Assembly (NCBI GenBank): GCA_041662665.1
Contig: JBAZSC010000001.1
Location: 1,511-65,510, forward strand
DNA: 64,000 bases
Direction of reading: 5' to 3'
Origin: Patescibacteria group bacterium
GTDB taxonomy: Bacteria; Patescibacteriota; JABMPQ01; JAQVVF01
Below the pieces are notes generated by a model. The model ran no database searches. It was not told the DNA's origin and saw only the letters and a program-made list of their open reading frames with translations. Shown piece by piece: positions 31,942 through 41,353 of the stretch (the stretch's first letter is position 1; every line of letters begins with the position of its first letter). The position numbers and the translations under genes were made by a program.

Positions 31942-32017
31942 AGACTAGAGTGATATCCGCCTTGTCTTCCGAAGTCCCGAATGGAATGAGGGACGAAGGA
32001 GGATTCACTATGAGGGC
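31942..32017 (-). pseudogene. duplicated 5' half of tRNA-Arg(TCG) interrupted by a REP-like element
   Basis: AGACTAGAGTGATATCCGC and TTCACTA(T)GAGGGC match 31890-31922, split by a 43-nt palindrome. Confidence 0.7.
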
Positions 32018-32141
32018 CATTCAAAACTACTTTAATATAAAATCAAAGAATAATCAATCCAAAATATGATTAAGCTTGACTAATTTAATTCTTTCTATAA
32101 TATTTAGTACAGCACCCTCAACAAGGAGAAAGGAGAAAAAG

Positions 32142-32687
32142 ATGAGAAGAACACTTGTTTTTGTATTATGTCTAATATCTTCGGCTTGTGTTTATGTGCC
32201 TGGACCTGGTCCATATCCGTATTCCAATCAATCTACTGGCAATAATCTTGATGACAGCTCTGATTCATATCAAGATTTAAATGATGTTCCTGAAATTCCA
32301 GTTCCTGGACTTCCTGATATCGCAATTTCCAGTCTTCAGCCAAATGGCCAGCCAGTAATTTATTTCAATCCAATGCTTGTCGCACAAGCGGGTCCATATA
32401 TCACAAAATATACTAAGATGCATGAATATGGTCATATTATGCTTGGCCATCTCCAGAAACAATATTACGAGCGATATTTTATGACCAATCCATATAGCCA
32501 AATGTGGACTAATCATACCAGAGAATTGGAAGCAGATTGCTGGGCTACAGAACATTTAACAGAAGATCCAGCAGCAATTAGATCTGCAATAAATCTTTTT
32601 CAAAGCCAAGGAATGTTTCAAGCTAGTCCCAATCATCCTCCAGGAATTGCAAGAGCGCAAAAAATTATGGAATGTTCAAAAGAATAA
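32142..32687 (+). CDS. lipoprotein with M48-like zinc metallopeptidase motifs
   Basis: Lipobox-like ISSAC; HEYGH, ELEAD, HPP---R; AAGGAG SD. Confidence 0.75.
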   Translation: MRRTLVFVLCLISSACVYVPGPGPYPYSNQSTGNNLDDSSDSYQDLNDVPEIPVPGLPDIAISSLQPNGQPVIYFNPMLVAQAGPYITKYTKMHEYGHIMLGHLQKQYYERYFMTNPYSQMWTNHTRELEADCWATEHLTEDPAAIRSAINLFQSQGMFQASPNHPPGIARAQKIMECSKE

Positions 32688-32726
32688 ATCCGAAATTTCT
32701 GTTCAAGATCACAAGGAGGAGGAGAA

Positions 32727-33044
32727 ATGGCAGAGAAAAAAGCTGAAAAGAAACCATCTAGATTGTTTTATTTCTGGAAATGGATTCGCCATTATGCTGA
32801 CAATTCACAAATTTTCTTTTTAACCTTTACTCCTGCAATTGTTGTCTGTCTATGGTATGAATCAATCACAAATCCAAGAATTGCATTAAATGCTATTAGA
32901 GCAGTGATTTTTTCAGCATTTACAATAGTTTTAGTCATTTTGTTTATTGTGAATTACCTTAAGCTCAAGTCTTCTTGGCAATCATATGCCTATGACATGA
33001 TTGATTCTCAATCGCTAAGAAATGATACTAAGCAAAGTTCATAA
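32727..33044 (+). CDS. 2-TM hypothetical protein
   Basis: AAGGAGGAGG SD; two hydrophobic segments. Confidence 0.7.
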   Translation: MAEKKAEKKPSRLFYFWKWIRHYADNSQIFFLTFTPAIVVCLWYESITNPRIALNAIRAVIFSAFTIVLVILFIVNYLKLKSSWQSYAYDMIDSQSLRNDTKQSS

Positions 33045-33251
33045 AAAATCCGCACTTTTTAAAGCCTATTTAACAGGCTTTTTTTATTTTTAAATCACAT
33101 CCGCTTATATCCGCATTAGAATCCGCGCATTTCCGTATCGCAAATATATAAAAATTTATGCTATATACAATAAATGCGCCCAAAACACAACAAAACAATA
33201 ATTAATGAAATAAAAAAAGAGGCGTTAACCTCTAAAAGAAAAAAAAGAACT

Positions 33252-34997
33252 TCAGCGTGCAACCTGCAAGCTGTATCCATTCGGATCATCATGAAGACTG
33301 ACATCAAGTCCAGGAGTAGGACTTGCAACATCAGGCGTCAACAACATCCAGTTGCCAAGCGTGCTCGAGAAATTGAAGTAGACATATGCCATCGTTGTCG
33401 GCAACGGATAGGTCATCATCTTCAATGCTTCGTCATACTGACCATGCACGTAATCACGCAGATAGTATTCGTTGCTGACAGGATCGAAAGCATACTCTTC
33501 AGTCCAGAAATAAACTCCAGGCCAATTCACTGCTTCATCACCCATCAGATAGATGTTGGAAGCGTCAGCGAAGACATCCAGACCATGTGTCATCTGAGCG
33601 ATCACATGTTCGTCAGTCACACCATCGCAGTCGTTGTCGATTCCGTCAGGAAATTCGATCGCCTGCGGATGAATCTGATCGTTGTTGTCATCGCAATCAA
33701 CTGCATCCGGATAACTATCAGAATCAACATCGTCTGCATTGACGCATGCTTCTTCATCAGTCTCACCATCGCAGTCGTTGTCCAATGCATCGCAAGTTTC
33801 CGGAACCGGATTCATCGGCACAGCATTGCAATAGGTCTTGTTCGGCGAAAGCTGGTCCGGATTACAGATCATCTCGCCAAGAGTTGCGCATTCGCCAACC
33901 CCAACCATGCAAGGATCGCCAAGTCCAATGAAGTCTTCGTCAGTCTTGCCATCGCAGTTATTGTCAATGCCGTCGCAGATCTCCGGAGTTCCAGAGTTCA
34001 GAACAGCATTGCAGACCATCTGGCCATCAGCATTGCACATGAATGTTCCAACCGAAACGCAATTGCCATCGCCAACGAAGCATTCTGCACCCAAGCCAAT
34101 GAAATCATCGTCCACCAAACCATCGCAGTCATTGTCCTTGCCATCGCAGATCTCATCAGTTCCATCGATCACGGCAGCATTGCATTCCAGACCAGAGCCA
34201 TCCGCAGTGCAGATATACACGCCCTGGTTGAAACAAACGCCAACTCCGCGTTCACATGTCTGATTCAGATTCACGAAGTCCTCGTCAGTCGATCCATCGC
34301 AGTCATTGTCCTTGCCATCACAAGCTTCTGCAACTGGCGAAACCTCACCTTCACAATTCCAGTTGCCATTCGTGCAAGTGTTGATACCAGGATTGCATTC
34401 ACCTTCCGAAATCCCACAAGGCATCGTCATCTGATCAGTGACGCCATCGCAATCGTTGTCGACATTGTCACAGACTTCTTCAGAAGGCAAACCTTCAACA
34501 GCATCGCACTTCATCGTGTCCTTGCTTCCGCTGCAGATATAGAATCCAGCAGATTCACAAGCACCGATACCAACAAGGCAAGGCTGATTCAGCATCACGT
34601 AATCTTCATCAACTGCATCATCGCAATCGTTGTCCTTGTAATCGCAGAGCTCAAGAGCACCAGGATAGACATCGGAATTGCGAGGATCGCAGTCAACAGT
34701 GCAATCGTCATAGGAATCGCCATCGAAATCAGCATAGTCCACAATCTGATCGCAGTTGTTGTCAATCAAATCACCACAGATTTCTTCAGCTCCAGGCTTG
34801 ATCGACGAATTATTGTCATTGCAATCGCCTGTTTCAGGAGTGAATCCATCGCCATCCTGATCGTTTCCACAGTAATTGTAAACTTCATTCATCGGCTTTG
34901 AAATCGTGTTCAGATCCTGATTGTCATCATTGGTTGCATCGAAACATCCACAAACAGAAACCAACATCAACAATACACACAATCTCTGCTGTCTCAT
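33252..34997 (-). CDS. Cys/Asp-rich lipoprotein with MopE-like putative metal-binding repeats (PF11617-like)
   Basis: About 8 copies of E-CDG-DNDCDG-TDE; lipobox-like VCGC; AGGAGGG SD; GC visibly above flanks. Confidence 0.85.
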   Translation of the reverse strand: MRQQRLCVLLMLVSVCGCFDATNDDNQDLNTISKPMNEVYNYCGNDQDGDGFTPETGDCNDNNSSIKPGAEEICGDLIDNNCDQIVDYADFDGDSYDDCTVDCDPRNSDVYPGALELCDYKDNDCDDAVDEDYVMLNQPCLVGIGACESAGFYICSGSKDTMKCDAVEGLPSEEVCDNVDNDCDGVTDQMTMPCGISEGECNPGINTCTNGNWNCEGEVSPVAEACDGKDNDCDGSTDEDFVNLNQTCERGVGVCFNQGVYICTADGSGLECNAAVIDGTDEICDGKDNDCDGLVDDDFIGLGAECFVGDGNCVSVGTFMCNADGQMVCNAVLNSGTPEICDGIDNNCDGKTDEDFIGLGDPCMVGVGECATLGEMICNPDQLSPNKTYCNAVPMNPVPETCDALDNDCDGETDEEACVNADDVDSDSYPDAVDCDDNNDQIHPQAIEFPDGIDNDCDGVTDEHVIAQMTHGLDVFADASNIYLMGDEAVNWPGVYFWTEEYAFDPVSNEYYLRDYVHGQYDEALKMMTYPLPTTMAYVYFNFSSTLGNWMLLTPDVASPTPGLDVSLHDDPNGYSLQVAR

Positions 34998-35314
34998 CTT
35001 CTCGCCCTCCTGTTGTGGAGACCCGCAGGTCTCTCTGTTGTCGGACCCAATATTCCAATATATATACGTAGAAAGAGCAATACCAGAATATAATCTATTT
35101 TTTAGAATATGTCAAGCCTTTTGGCTAGAATTAGGACAAAAAAGCAAAATTTAGGAATAAATAATAAATTGCTTTTTCTAAGCCAAAATAACAGCAATTA
35201 AAACCTAAATTCAAAGATTGCTATATTTTGCTTATTTTAAGCCAAAATAACAATATTCGTAATTCGTATCATTTGCATTTATTCGTATATTTGTATTATA
35301 TTTAGGAAATACTA

Positions 35315-35343
35315 TTGACAAAAATATAATAGTATGCTACTCT
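35315..35343 (+). promoter_or_regulatory. sigma70-type promoter of cassette array 1
   Basis: TTGACA-N17-TACTCT with extended -10 TG. Confidence 0.65.
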
Positions 35344-35521
35344 TAATAGCTGTGTTAAAAGCCTCAAAAATAAACAATAGTACCTAAAAACCTATTTTCG
35401 CCTCAAATTTGAGAGAAAGGAAGCATCAGATATTTAATATTAGTTATTCAGATCTTCTATCTTTTTCTCAATTTTGAGGCAATTTCCTTCCAGTGCTGGA
35501 AGGACGGTCAAGGAGGATTGA

Positions 35522-35608
35522 ATGGAGAACTTCGACATCGCGGTTGCTCTGGTACTCATTGCAGCGCTGTCCTTCGGGCTCGGCTACTGGCTTCGTGGAA
35601 GGCACTAG
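35522..35608 (+). CDS. 28-aa single-TM peptide MENFDIAVALVLIAALSFGLGYWLRGRH
   Basis: AGGAGG 5 nt upstream; GC3-rich codons; not in ORF track. Confidence 0.75.
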   Translation: MENFDIAVALVLIAALSFGLGYWLRGRH

Positions 35609-35633
35609 CCTTCCGCACTTTGCTACCCGCACC

Positions 35634-35713
35634 TTGCTACCTGCCGTATTCGATCTCTGATCGTCTACGGCCCTTCCAGAGTTTACAAATATCTTTTGTA
35701 GATTGTGGAAGGA
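35634..35713 (+). repeat. double-hairpin repeat, copy 1
   Basis: GCCGTA..TACGGC immediately followed by CCTTCCAGAGTTTACAAA..TTTGTAGATTGTGGAAGG. Confidence 0.85.
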
Positions 35714-35757
35714 TAGTTCACTACAGGAGATAGCTCCTGTCAAAAGAGGAGGACACA

Positions 35758-35988
35758 ATGTTGTCCGCAGCGTTGCTCGGGATCCTGGTGTGGGTGGCGA
35801 TCGTGGTCTTCTGCGGGATCATGGTACCCTGCGGGATGGCAATCGTCGATCGTAAGATCGACGACATCAAGCTCATCCCCGGGTTCACGATGGAGATGGC
35901 GAAGCGGACGTGGTTCGTCTTGCCCATCGTCATCGTGTGCAACATGATCTTCGTGGCTGCACTCACGTTCTACCAGACCGGTCTCTGA
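35758..35988 (+). CDS. 76-aa 2-TM protein (GC-rich cassette)
   Basis: GAGGAGG SD; GC3-rich codons; sits between repeat copies. Confidence 0.75.
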   Translation: MLSAALLGILVWVAIVVFCGIMVPCGMAIVDRKIDDIKLIPGFTMEMAKRTWFVLPIVIVCNMIFVAALTFYQTGL

Positions 35989-36025
35989 TCTTCTCACGAT
36001 CTTCCTTTCGCTTCTTCACAGCTCT

Positions 36026-36105
36026 TTGCTACTAGCCGTATTCGATCTTCGATCGTTTTACGGCCCTTCCAGAGTTTACAAATCATTTTGTAGATTGTGG
36101 AAGGA
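36026..36105 (+). repeat. double-hairpin repeat, copy 2
   Basis: Near-identical to 35634-35713; differences fall mostly in loops and bulges. Confidence 0.85.
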
Positions 36106-36416
36106 AAAAATAATTAACTTCAATGTTACAAAACATTATAAAAGCAAAGATTTATGATCTTTATACAAGATTCATAACATCTCCAATTGGTTTATATCTA
36201 GTTTTCAAAAAATAACAAACGTCCCCCATTGTCCGCCAAAGTCTCAAGACGAAGGCGGATAATTGGGGGATTTTTGTTTTCAATAAAATCTGTTAAAATC
36301 AAAGTAGTTATAAAGTCCTTAAAGTTATAAAGTTTATAAAGTCTACGACTTTCCGAACTTTATAACTTTAAAAACTTTACAAACTTTGTGAACTTCGTGA
36401 TTTAAAGATTTCTATA

Positions 36417-37505
36417 ATGAAAAAAAATAAAATAATAATTATAATAAGTGTTATTATATTGGCGATAATTCTGTCTCTTGTTTTTGTCAAATTCAAAACT
36501 GCCAAGCCTAATCCTCTGAAAAACTGGACTCTCAAACAAAAAGTCGGTCAATTGATGATAGTCAACTTCAATGGAACAGAACCAGATTATTATATTAACA
36601 AAATGATTTTGGAGCGAAATGTCGGCGGTGTGATTTTGATGGGAGCAAATATCAAAGACAATGATCAAATCAAAACTTTGACCAATGCTTTGCAATATAA
36701 TACGACTATAAATGAAAAGCAAATTCCTCTTTTTATTTCAATTGATCAAGAGGGAGGAATAGTTACGAGATTGCAAGATGTCGAACATACAGCAGAGAAA
36801 GATATTAAGACTGAAGAACAAGCAATAAAAGTTGCTAAAACAAGAGGAGAACAACTATTATCTTTGGGCATTAATATTAATCTAGCTCCTGTCTTAGATT
36901 TTTCAACTGACAAAAATTCATTTATTTATTCTCGAACTTTCGAAAATAATTTAGCAGAAACATCAAAATTAGCAGTTGCAACTGCTAAAGGTTATAACCA
37001 AGCTAAAATTATTTATGTTCCAAAACATTTTCCAGGTCATTTTAATTCTGTGATTGATTCACATCAAGAATTACCAATGATTTTAGAATCAGAAAAAGAA
37101 ATGTTAAATAATACAAAGCCATTTCAAGAAGTTATCAACAATCAAGACCCAAAAATCATCATGACCTCTCACACACTTTATCCAAAAATTGATCCAAAAT
37201 ATCCAGCTACATTATCCAAAAAAATATTAACTGATATTCTAAGGAAAAAATTAAAATATAATGGACTAATCATGACTGACGATTTAAGCATGAAAGCTTT
37301 AACAAAAAAGTACACTCTTGAAGAAATAGCAATCAAAGCTTTGCAAGCTTCCAATGATATTCTTCTCTTCATTGGCGAGCCAGAAGAACAAGTCAACGTT
37401 TACAATGCCATTATTAAAGCAGTTGAAGACAAAAAAATATCAGAAAAAGAGATAGATGAAAAAGTTATCAAGATTCTAGAACTCAAAAATCAGATGCAAG
37501 AATAA
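36417..37505 (+). CDS. nagZ: GH3 beta-N-acetylglucosaminidase (membrane-anchored)
   Basis: IDQEGG-V-RL, APVLD, KHFPGH---DSH, MTDDL-M. Confidence 0.9.
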   Translation: MKKNKIIIIISVIILAIILSLVFVKFKTAKPNPLKNWTLKQKVGQLMIVNFNGTEPDYYINKMILERNVGGVILMGANIKDNDQIKTLTNALQYNTTINEKQIPLFISIDQEGGIVTRLQDVEHTAEKDIKTEEQAIKVAKTRGEQLLSLGININLAPVLDFSTDKNSFIYSRTFENNLAETSKLAVATAKGYNQAKIIYVPKHFPGHFNSVIDSHQELPMILESEKEMLNNTKPFQEVINNQDPKIIMTSHTLYPKIDPKYPATLSKKILTDILRKKLKYNGLIMTDDLSMKALTKKYTLEEIAIKALQASNDILLFIGEPEEQVNVYNAIIKAVEDKKISEKEIDEKVIKILELKNQMQE

Positions 37506-37556
37506 ATTTTTACAAAAATTAAAAAAATGTTATAATATTTATATAAAAAGAATAAT

Positions 37557-37736
37557 ATGACATACGAAGAATACAAAAATCTAAAACCTCATTTTTCTCA
37601 CGCAAAACCATCAAAAAGGATACCAAAGCATGACCCTAAGTTAATTCAGGAATTACTTGAACTTGCAAAAAAAAATCATGAAATAAGAGAAAAATGGGAA
37701 GCAAAGCATGGAATAAGTAATGAGTACTATATCTAA
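37557..37736 (+). CDS. 59-aa protein, candidate antitoxin
   Basis: MTYEEYKNLKPHF...EYYI; overlaps or abuts the start of the PIN-like gene; own promoter; not in ORF track. Confidence 0.5.
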   Translation: MTYEEYKNLKPHFSHAKPSKRIPKHDPKLIQELLELAKKNHEIREKWEAKHGISNEYYI

Positions 37737-38289
37737 TATGAGTCAAGTCTTAGGAATTGAAGGAAAATATATTTATTTAGACAGTGATTTTTTAAAAGTA
37801 CTTTCAGAAGATATTAATTTTGCTCAAAATATATACAAAATATTAATAAAAAATTATTTAGTTATTGACAATTTAATCAGACTTGAATTTTTAAGGGATA
37901 TATTTATTCCAGAACAAAAAGCTGATAAAGAAAAATTCATTAATAGTAATTTCTTTCAGCAATCTATATTGCATCCTGAAGTATTCACAAAGCAACAGGA
38001 AAATGCACTTTTACTATCAAAAATTTACAAACAGCAAATTAGAAATACTAAAAAGAATACAGCCTGCCATTCTAGTCCTGTAGATTTACTTCTGGCTGCA
38101 AGATTGATGTTGAATTATGTACGAGAACTTTTAATTACTGGCAACAAAAAGGATTTTCCATCGTGTATATTTGATATAATCCATATTTTTCCCTATGAAT
38201 TAAAACAAGGCAATATAATTCCATTTTGTCTGATAAAATTTAATAAAGATAAATTCGATAAATATCATAAAGAATTAAAAGAAATTTAA
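37720..38289 (+). CDS. PIN-domain (VapC-like) protein
   Basis: IYLDSD, conserved E, S-VDLLLAA, LITGNKKDF. Confidence 0.7.
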   Translation: MSTISNMSQVLGIEGKYIYLDSDFLKVLSEDINFAQNIYKILIKNYLVIDNLIRLEFLRDIFIPEQKADKEKFINSNFFQQSILHPEVFTKQQENALLLSKIYKQQIRNTKKNTACHSSPVDLLLAARLMLNYVRELLITGNKKDFPSCIFDIIHIFPYELKQGNIIPFCLIKFNKDKFDKYHKELKEI

Positions 38290-38334
38290 GTAAAACAAAA
38301 ACAGCTTCAAAGCTGTTTTTTAATTTCACAAAAT

Positions 38335-38559
38335 TTACTCAGTTTCAGCGCCATTAATGCAATAGTACAATTTTTTCAATCCATATTGGCTGGCAACTGG
38401 GCATTCTCCGCAAATACAGCCTTGTTTTTTTGGATTGCATTCTGTTTTGCCTACAGCACAGAATAATTTTTGATTTTTTTCTTTCATACAATCAATATAT
38501 GTTGGACAGCCAGTGCAAATGCATTTTGCAAAATTCTCTTTATTGTTCTCTACAATCAT
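38335..38559 (-). CDS. small Cys-rich protein (DUF2769-like)
   Basis: CICxxCPTY, LFC--G, GCICxxCPV, YYC. Confidence 0.75.
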   Translation of the reverse strand: MIVENNKENFAKCICTGCPTYIDCMKEKNQKLFCAVGKTECNPKKQGCICGECPVASQYGLKKLYYCINGAETE

Positions 38560-38584
38560 AATTTATATATTAATTAATAAAAAT

Positions 38585-39703
38585 TTATTTAGTCTGTTTA
38601 ATACAGAAAATATTTCCTTTTGGCTCTCCTTTTTCATTTTTTTCGCCATGTAAATCAGTAAAATATAATCCATCAGGTCCAAACGCCAATCCGCAAGGGC
38701 TAGCTGGACCATTGCCATTATATTGTAAGAAATCAGTGTATGATAAAACATTGTCATTTTCCTTATCAATTTCTAACATTACCATTTTCTTACCTTTAAC
38801 AGTTTTTCCTTCAAAATATGAAGTTCCAAAAAGATTTAAAAACAAAAAATCATTATATTCTTCAGAAAATATATTATCTTGATTAAAAGCCATTGCTGTT
38901 GGTGCTTGAGTTATATACCAATCAAAAATAATATTTTGCCTTATATTATCTGGCCAGCCATAATTTTCGCCTGCCTTTATTCTCATAATCCTATCATTTC
39001 GATCAGGTCCATTATCTGATACATATAATGATTGATTACTTTTTCTAAACGTTCCGCCAAAAGGATTTCTGACGCCTTTGGCAAATACCGGACTTTTTGG
39101 ATTTGGATTATCAGAAGGAATTGAGCCATCAAGATTTAATCTCAAAATTTTTCCTCTCAAATCATTATCATCTTGAGCAACACTTGAGTCTAACATTCCA
39201 TCGCCTAAATTAATGTATAATTTATTGTCAGGACCAATATTCAAAGCTTGAATCTGATGAGCTGCATGAACAGATGGAATATTTTCAATAATAATTTTTG
39301 AACTTTCCATTTTAAATCCGTCAATACTTGTTGTTCTAATTACTCTTGATTTAAATTTTCCATTATCAATATAAGTCATTGATAAAAATAGATCGCCCGT
39401 TTCCTTTTCAATACAAATTCCAGTCAATCCGCACTCGCCTTTTCCAGGAATATCTTCTCTTTGCTGTTTAAAATTCAAAAGATCTTCAGCATAAGTAAAA
39501 ATCTCAAATTTATCATTAAAAACTTTTACTTTGCCATAAAGCTCATTTACATAGCATAATGGCTTGTCTTCTCCTCTTTTTTCTTTTTCGACAAAGGCAA
39601 TATTTACAGGTAAATCAAGATTTGTAGCAACATTTTTAATCTCAAAACCAGCTGTTGTTAACCAGTTTTTTGTTAAACTATTATTCATAAATTTTATTTC
39701 CAA
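38585..39703 (-). CDS. PQQ-dependent sugar (glucose/sorbosone) dehydrogenase-family beta-propeller
   Basis: GPD-KLYI--GD, AQD---LRGKILR---DGSIP-DNP, G-RNP, NYGWP. Confidence 0.85.
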   Translation of the reverse strand: MEIKFMNNSLTKNWLTTAGFEIKNVATNLDLPVNIAFVEKEKRGEDKPLCYVNELYGKVKVFNDKFEIFTYAEDLLNFKQQREDIPGKGECGLTGICIEKETGDLFLSMTYIDNGKFKSRVIRTTSIDGFKMESSKIIIENIPSVHAAHQIQALNIGPDNKLYINLGDGMLDSSVAQDDNDLRGKILRLNLDGSIPSDNPNPKSPVFAKGVRNPFGGTFRKSNQSLYVSDNGPDRNDRIMRIKAGENYGWPDNIRQNIIFDWYITQAPTAMAFNQDNIFSEEYNDFLFLNLFGTSYFEGKTVKGKKMVMLEIDKENDNVLSYTDFLQYNGNGPASPCGLAFGPDGLYFTDLHGEKNEKGEPKGNIFCIKQTK

Positions 39704-40182
39704 AAATTGATATAACTTTTTTGTTTTTTAATTATCGGCATTATATATGTATATAGAAGCCAAGCAACAAGCAAAGAAATAATCATACTGGCAATAATAT
39801 CAATTGTATGATGAACTCCTGACAGAACTCTTGAAATTCCAACAAGAACAGTCAGAATCCATAATACAATCCCAACCTTTTTATCATAAAAAATAATTAC
39901 TGAAGCAATCGCAGCTGAAATCAAGGTATGATCAGATGGAAATCCGTTATCTGGAGCATGCGGAATTAATGGCGCAAAATTTCCAACTACAAATGGACGT
40001 TCATTAAAATAAAAAAGACTGATAATCTTGGCAAATACATAAATCAAAGGCAAAGCCATTAAAAAAAAGACGATTAAATCTTTTTGACGCTCTCTCTTTG
40101 AGAATATAATAAAACCTAATGCAATAATTATAATTGCCAAAAATAAATATTTCGCACCAAAAATTATTAATGTATTTATCAT
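39694..40182 (-). CDS. PAP2-family phosphatase (undecaprenyl-PP phosphatase-like)
   Basis: RPF, FPSDH, SRV--GVH---DI. Confidence 0.88.
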   Translation of the reverse strand: MINTLIIFGAKYLFLAIIIIALGFIIFSKRERQKDLIVFFLMALPLIYVFAKIISLFYFNERPFVVGNFAPLIPHAPDNGFPSDHTLISAAIASVIIFYDKKVGIVLWILTVLVGISRVLSGVHHTIDIIASMIISLLVAWLLYTYIMPIIKKQKSYINFWK

Positions 40183-40275
40183 ATTAATTTTAATATACTA
40201 TATTTTTAAAAATAAAAAAATAGCAGAAAGCTATTTAGTTATTTTGAATTTCTAATTTAGTTATTATTTTAAAGG

Positions 40276-40347
40276 GGTGGCTAAAGGGAATCGAACCCTT
40301 GTAGCTGCTGCCACAGAGCAGTGCTCTGCCATTGAGCTATAGCCACC
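40276..40347 (-). tRNA. tRNA-His(GTG)
   Basis: G-1:C73, CT-GTG-GC loop. Confidence 0.9.
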
Positions 40348-40437
40348 ACATTTCGAATTATAAATTCCAAATGAAAAATGAAAAATTTTTAATTATCGTA
40401 ATTTATAATTTTTCATTTAAAATTTATAATTCGTATC

Positions 40438-40509
40438 TGCCCCCAGCACGAATTGAACGCGCATCTCTCCCTTAGGACGGGATAGCTCTATCCGTTGAGC
40501 TATGGGGGC
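40438..40509 (-). tRNA. tRNA-Arg(CCT)
   Basis: Cloverleaf with CCT anticodon. Confidence 0.88.
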
Positions 40510-40650
40510 CGGATAGAATCTAATCAAATCAACCATAACAATACAATTATATATGAAAAATAACACTTGGTCAATTCATTTTCTTGCCAAAATTAATATA
40601 TTATGCTACTTTACGTTGAACGTTCTTTCACAACCAGAGGGAGGAAAACA

Positions 40651-41352
40651 ATGGCAAGACAACAAGTTTTAGTTGAAGATTTGATTCGTCAAGAAGAGGC
40701 AAGATTTATTGATACAATGGGAGATCTGGAAGCGCAAAGATCAGCAGAAAGAAATGCTGAACAAGAAATCGATAGCGCAATTACAAGAATGCGCGATACA
40801 GTGTCAACTGCTTATCCAAGTATTTCCACTGATGAACTTAATCGGCGTTTGACTGAAACTCGCTTGACTCTTCGTCGCCAAGTCGGACTTGAACCAGCAT
40901 CTTCAAGACAAAGTCAAATACAGCGATCACCTAGCGAAGAAAGCTTTTCAAGCAAAAATATAAATGCCATCATAGTAATGGTTCTTGCTTTACTCGCAAT
41001 TTGTGTAGGTGGCTTACTCTTTGGAGCGTATATCGCTGATGACTGGTTAACAACAACAGATCAGCCAGCTGAAACTGAAAGTGATGTGATTGTCTCCATT
41101 CTTGCAACGCCATTATTTAATAATATTGAAGCAGATATAACAATCGCTGTAGATAGAGATGTCGATGAGGTTATTCTTTACCGTAATACAAGCGTAGTCA
41201 ATAAATGGAACAAAGGAACTATTTTTAGTAGCCGTGAAGTTCATACAAGCGGCACCTATGTCTATTTCGCCGAAGTGTTCAAGGACAACAGAAAGACTAC
41301 CAGCAATCAAGTCCAGGTAGTCTACGGACAACCAAAAGAGGAGGCAAAGTAA
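40651..41352 (+). CDS. hypothetical bitopic membrane protein (coiled coil, TM, Ig-like end)
   Basis: GAGGGAGG SD; TTGCCA-N17-TACTTT. Confidence 0.75.
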   Translation: MARQQVLVEDLIRQEEARFIDTMGDLEAQRSAERNAEQEIDSAITRMRDTVSTAYPSISTDELNRRLTETRLTLRRQVGLEPASSRQSQIQRSPSEESFSSKNINAIIVMVLALLAICVGGLLFGAYIADDWLTTTDQPAETESDVIVSILATPLFNNIEADITIAVDRDVDEVILYRNTSVVNKWNKGTIFSSREVHTSGTYVYFAEVFKDNRKTTSNQVQVVYGQPKEEAK

Positions 41353-41353
41353 A

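Noticed and set aside
33174-34901. 575-aa plus-strand ORF
   Set aside because: Antisense shadow of the repetitive MopE-like gene, which has the SD, promoter and lipobox.
36123-36215. 30-aa AT-rich ORF after the last array-1 repeat
   Set aside because: No SD, native AT composition and no TM; likely chance.
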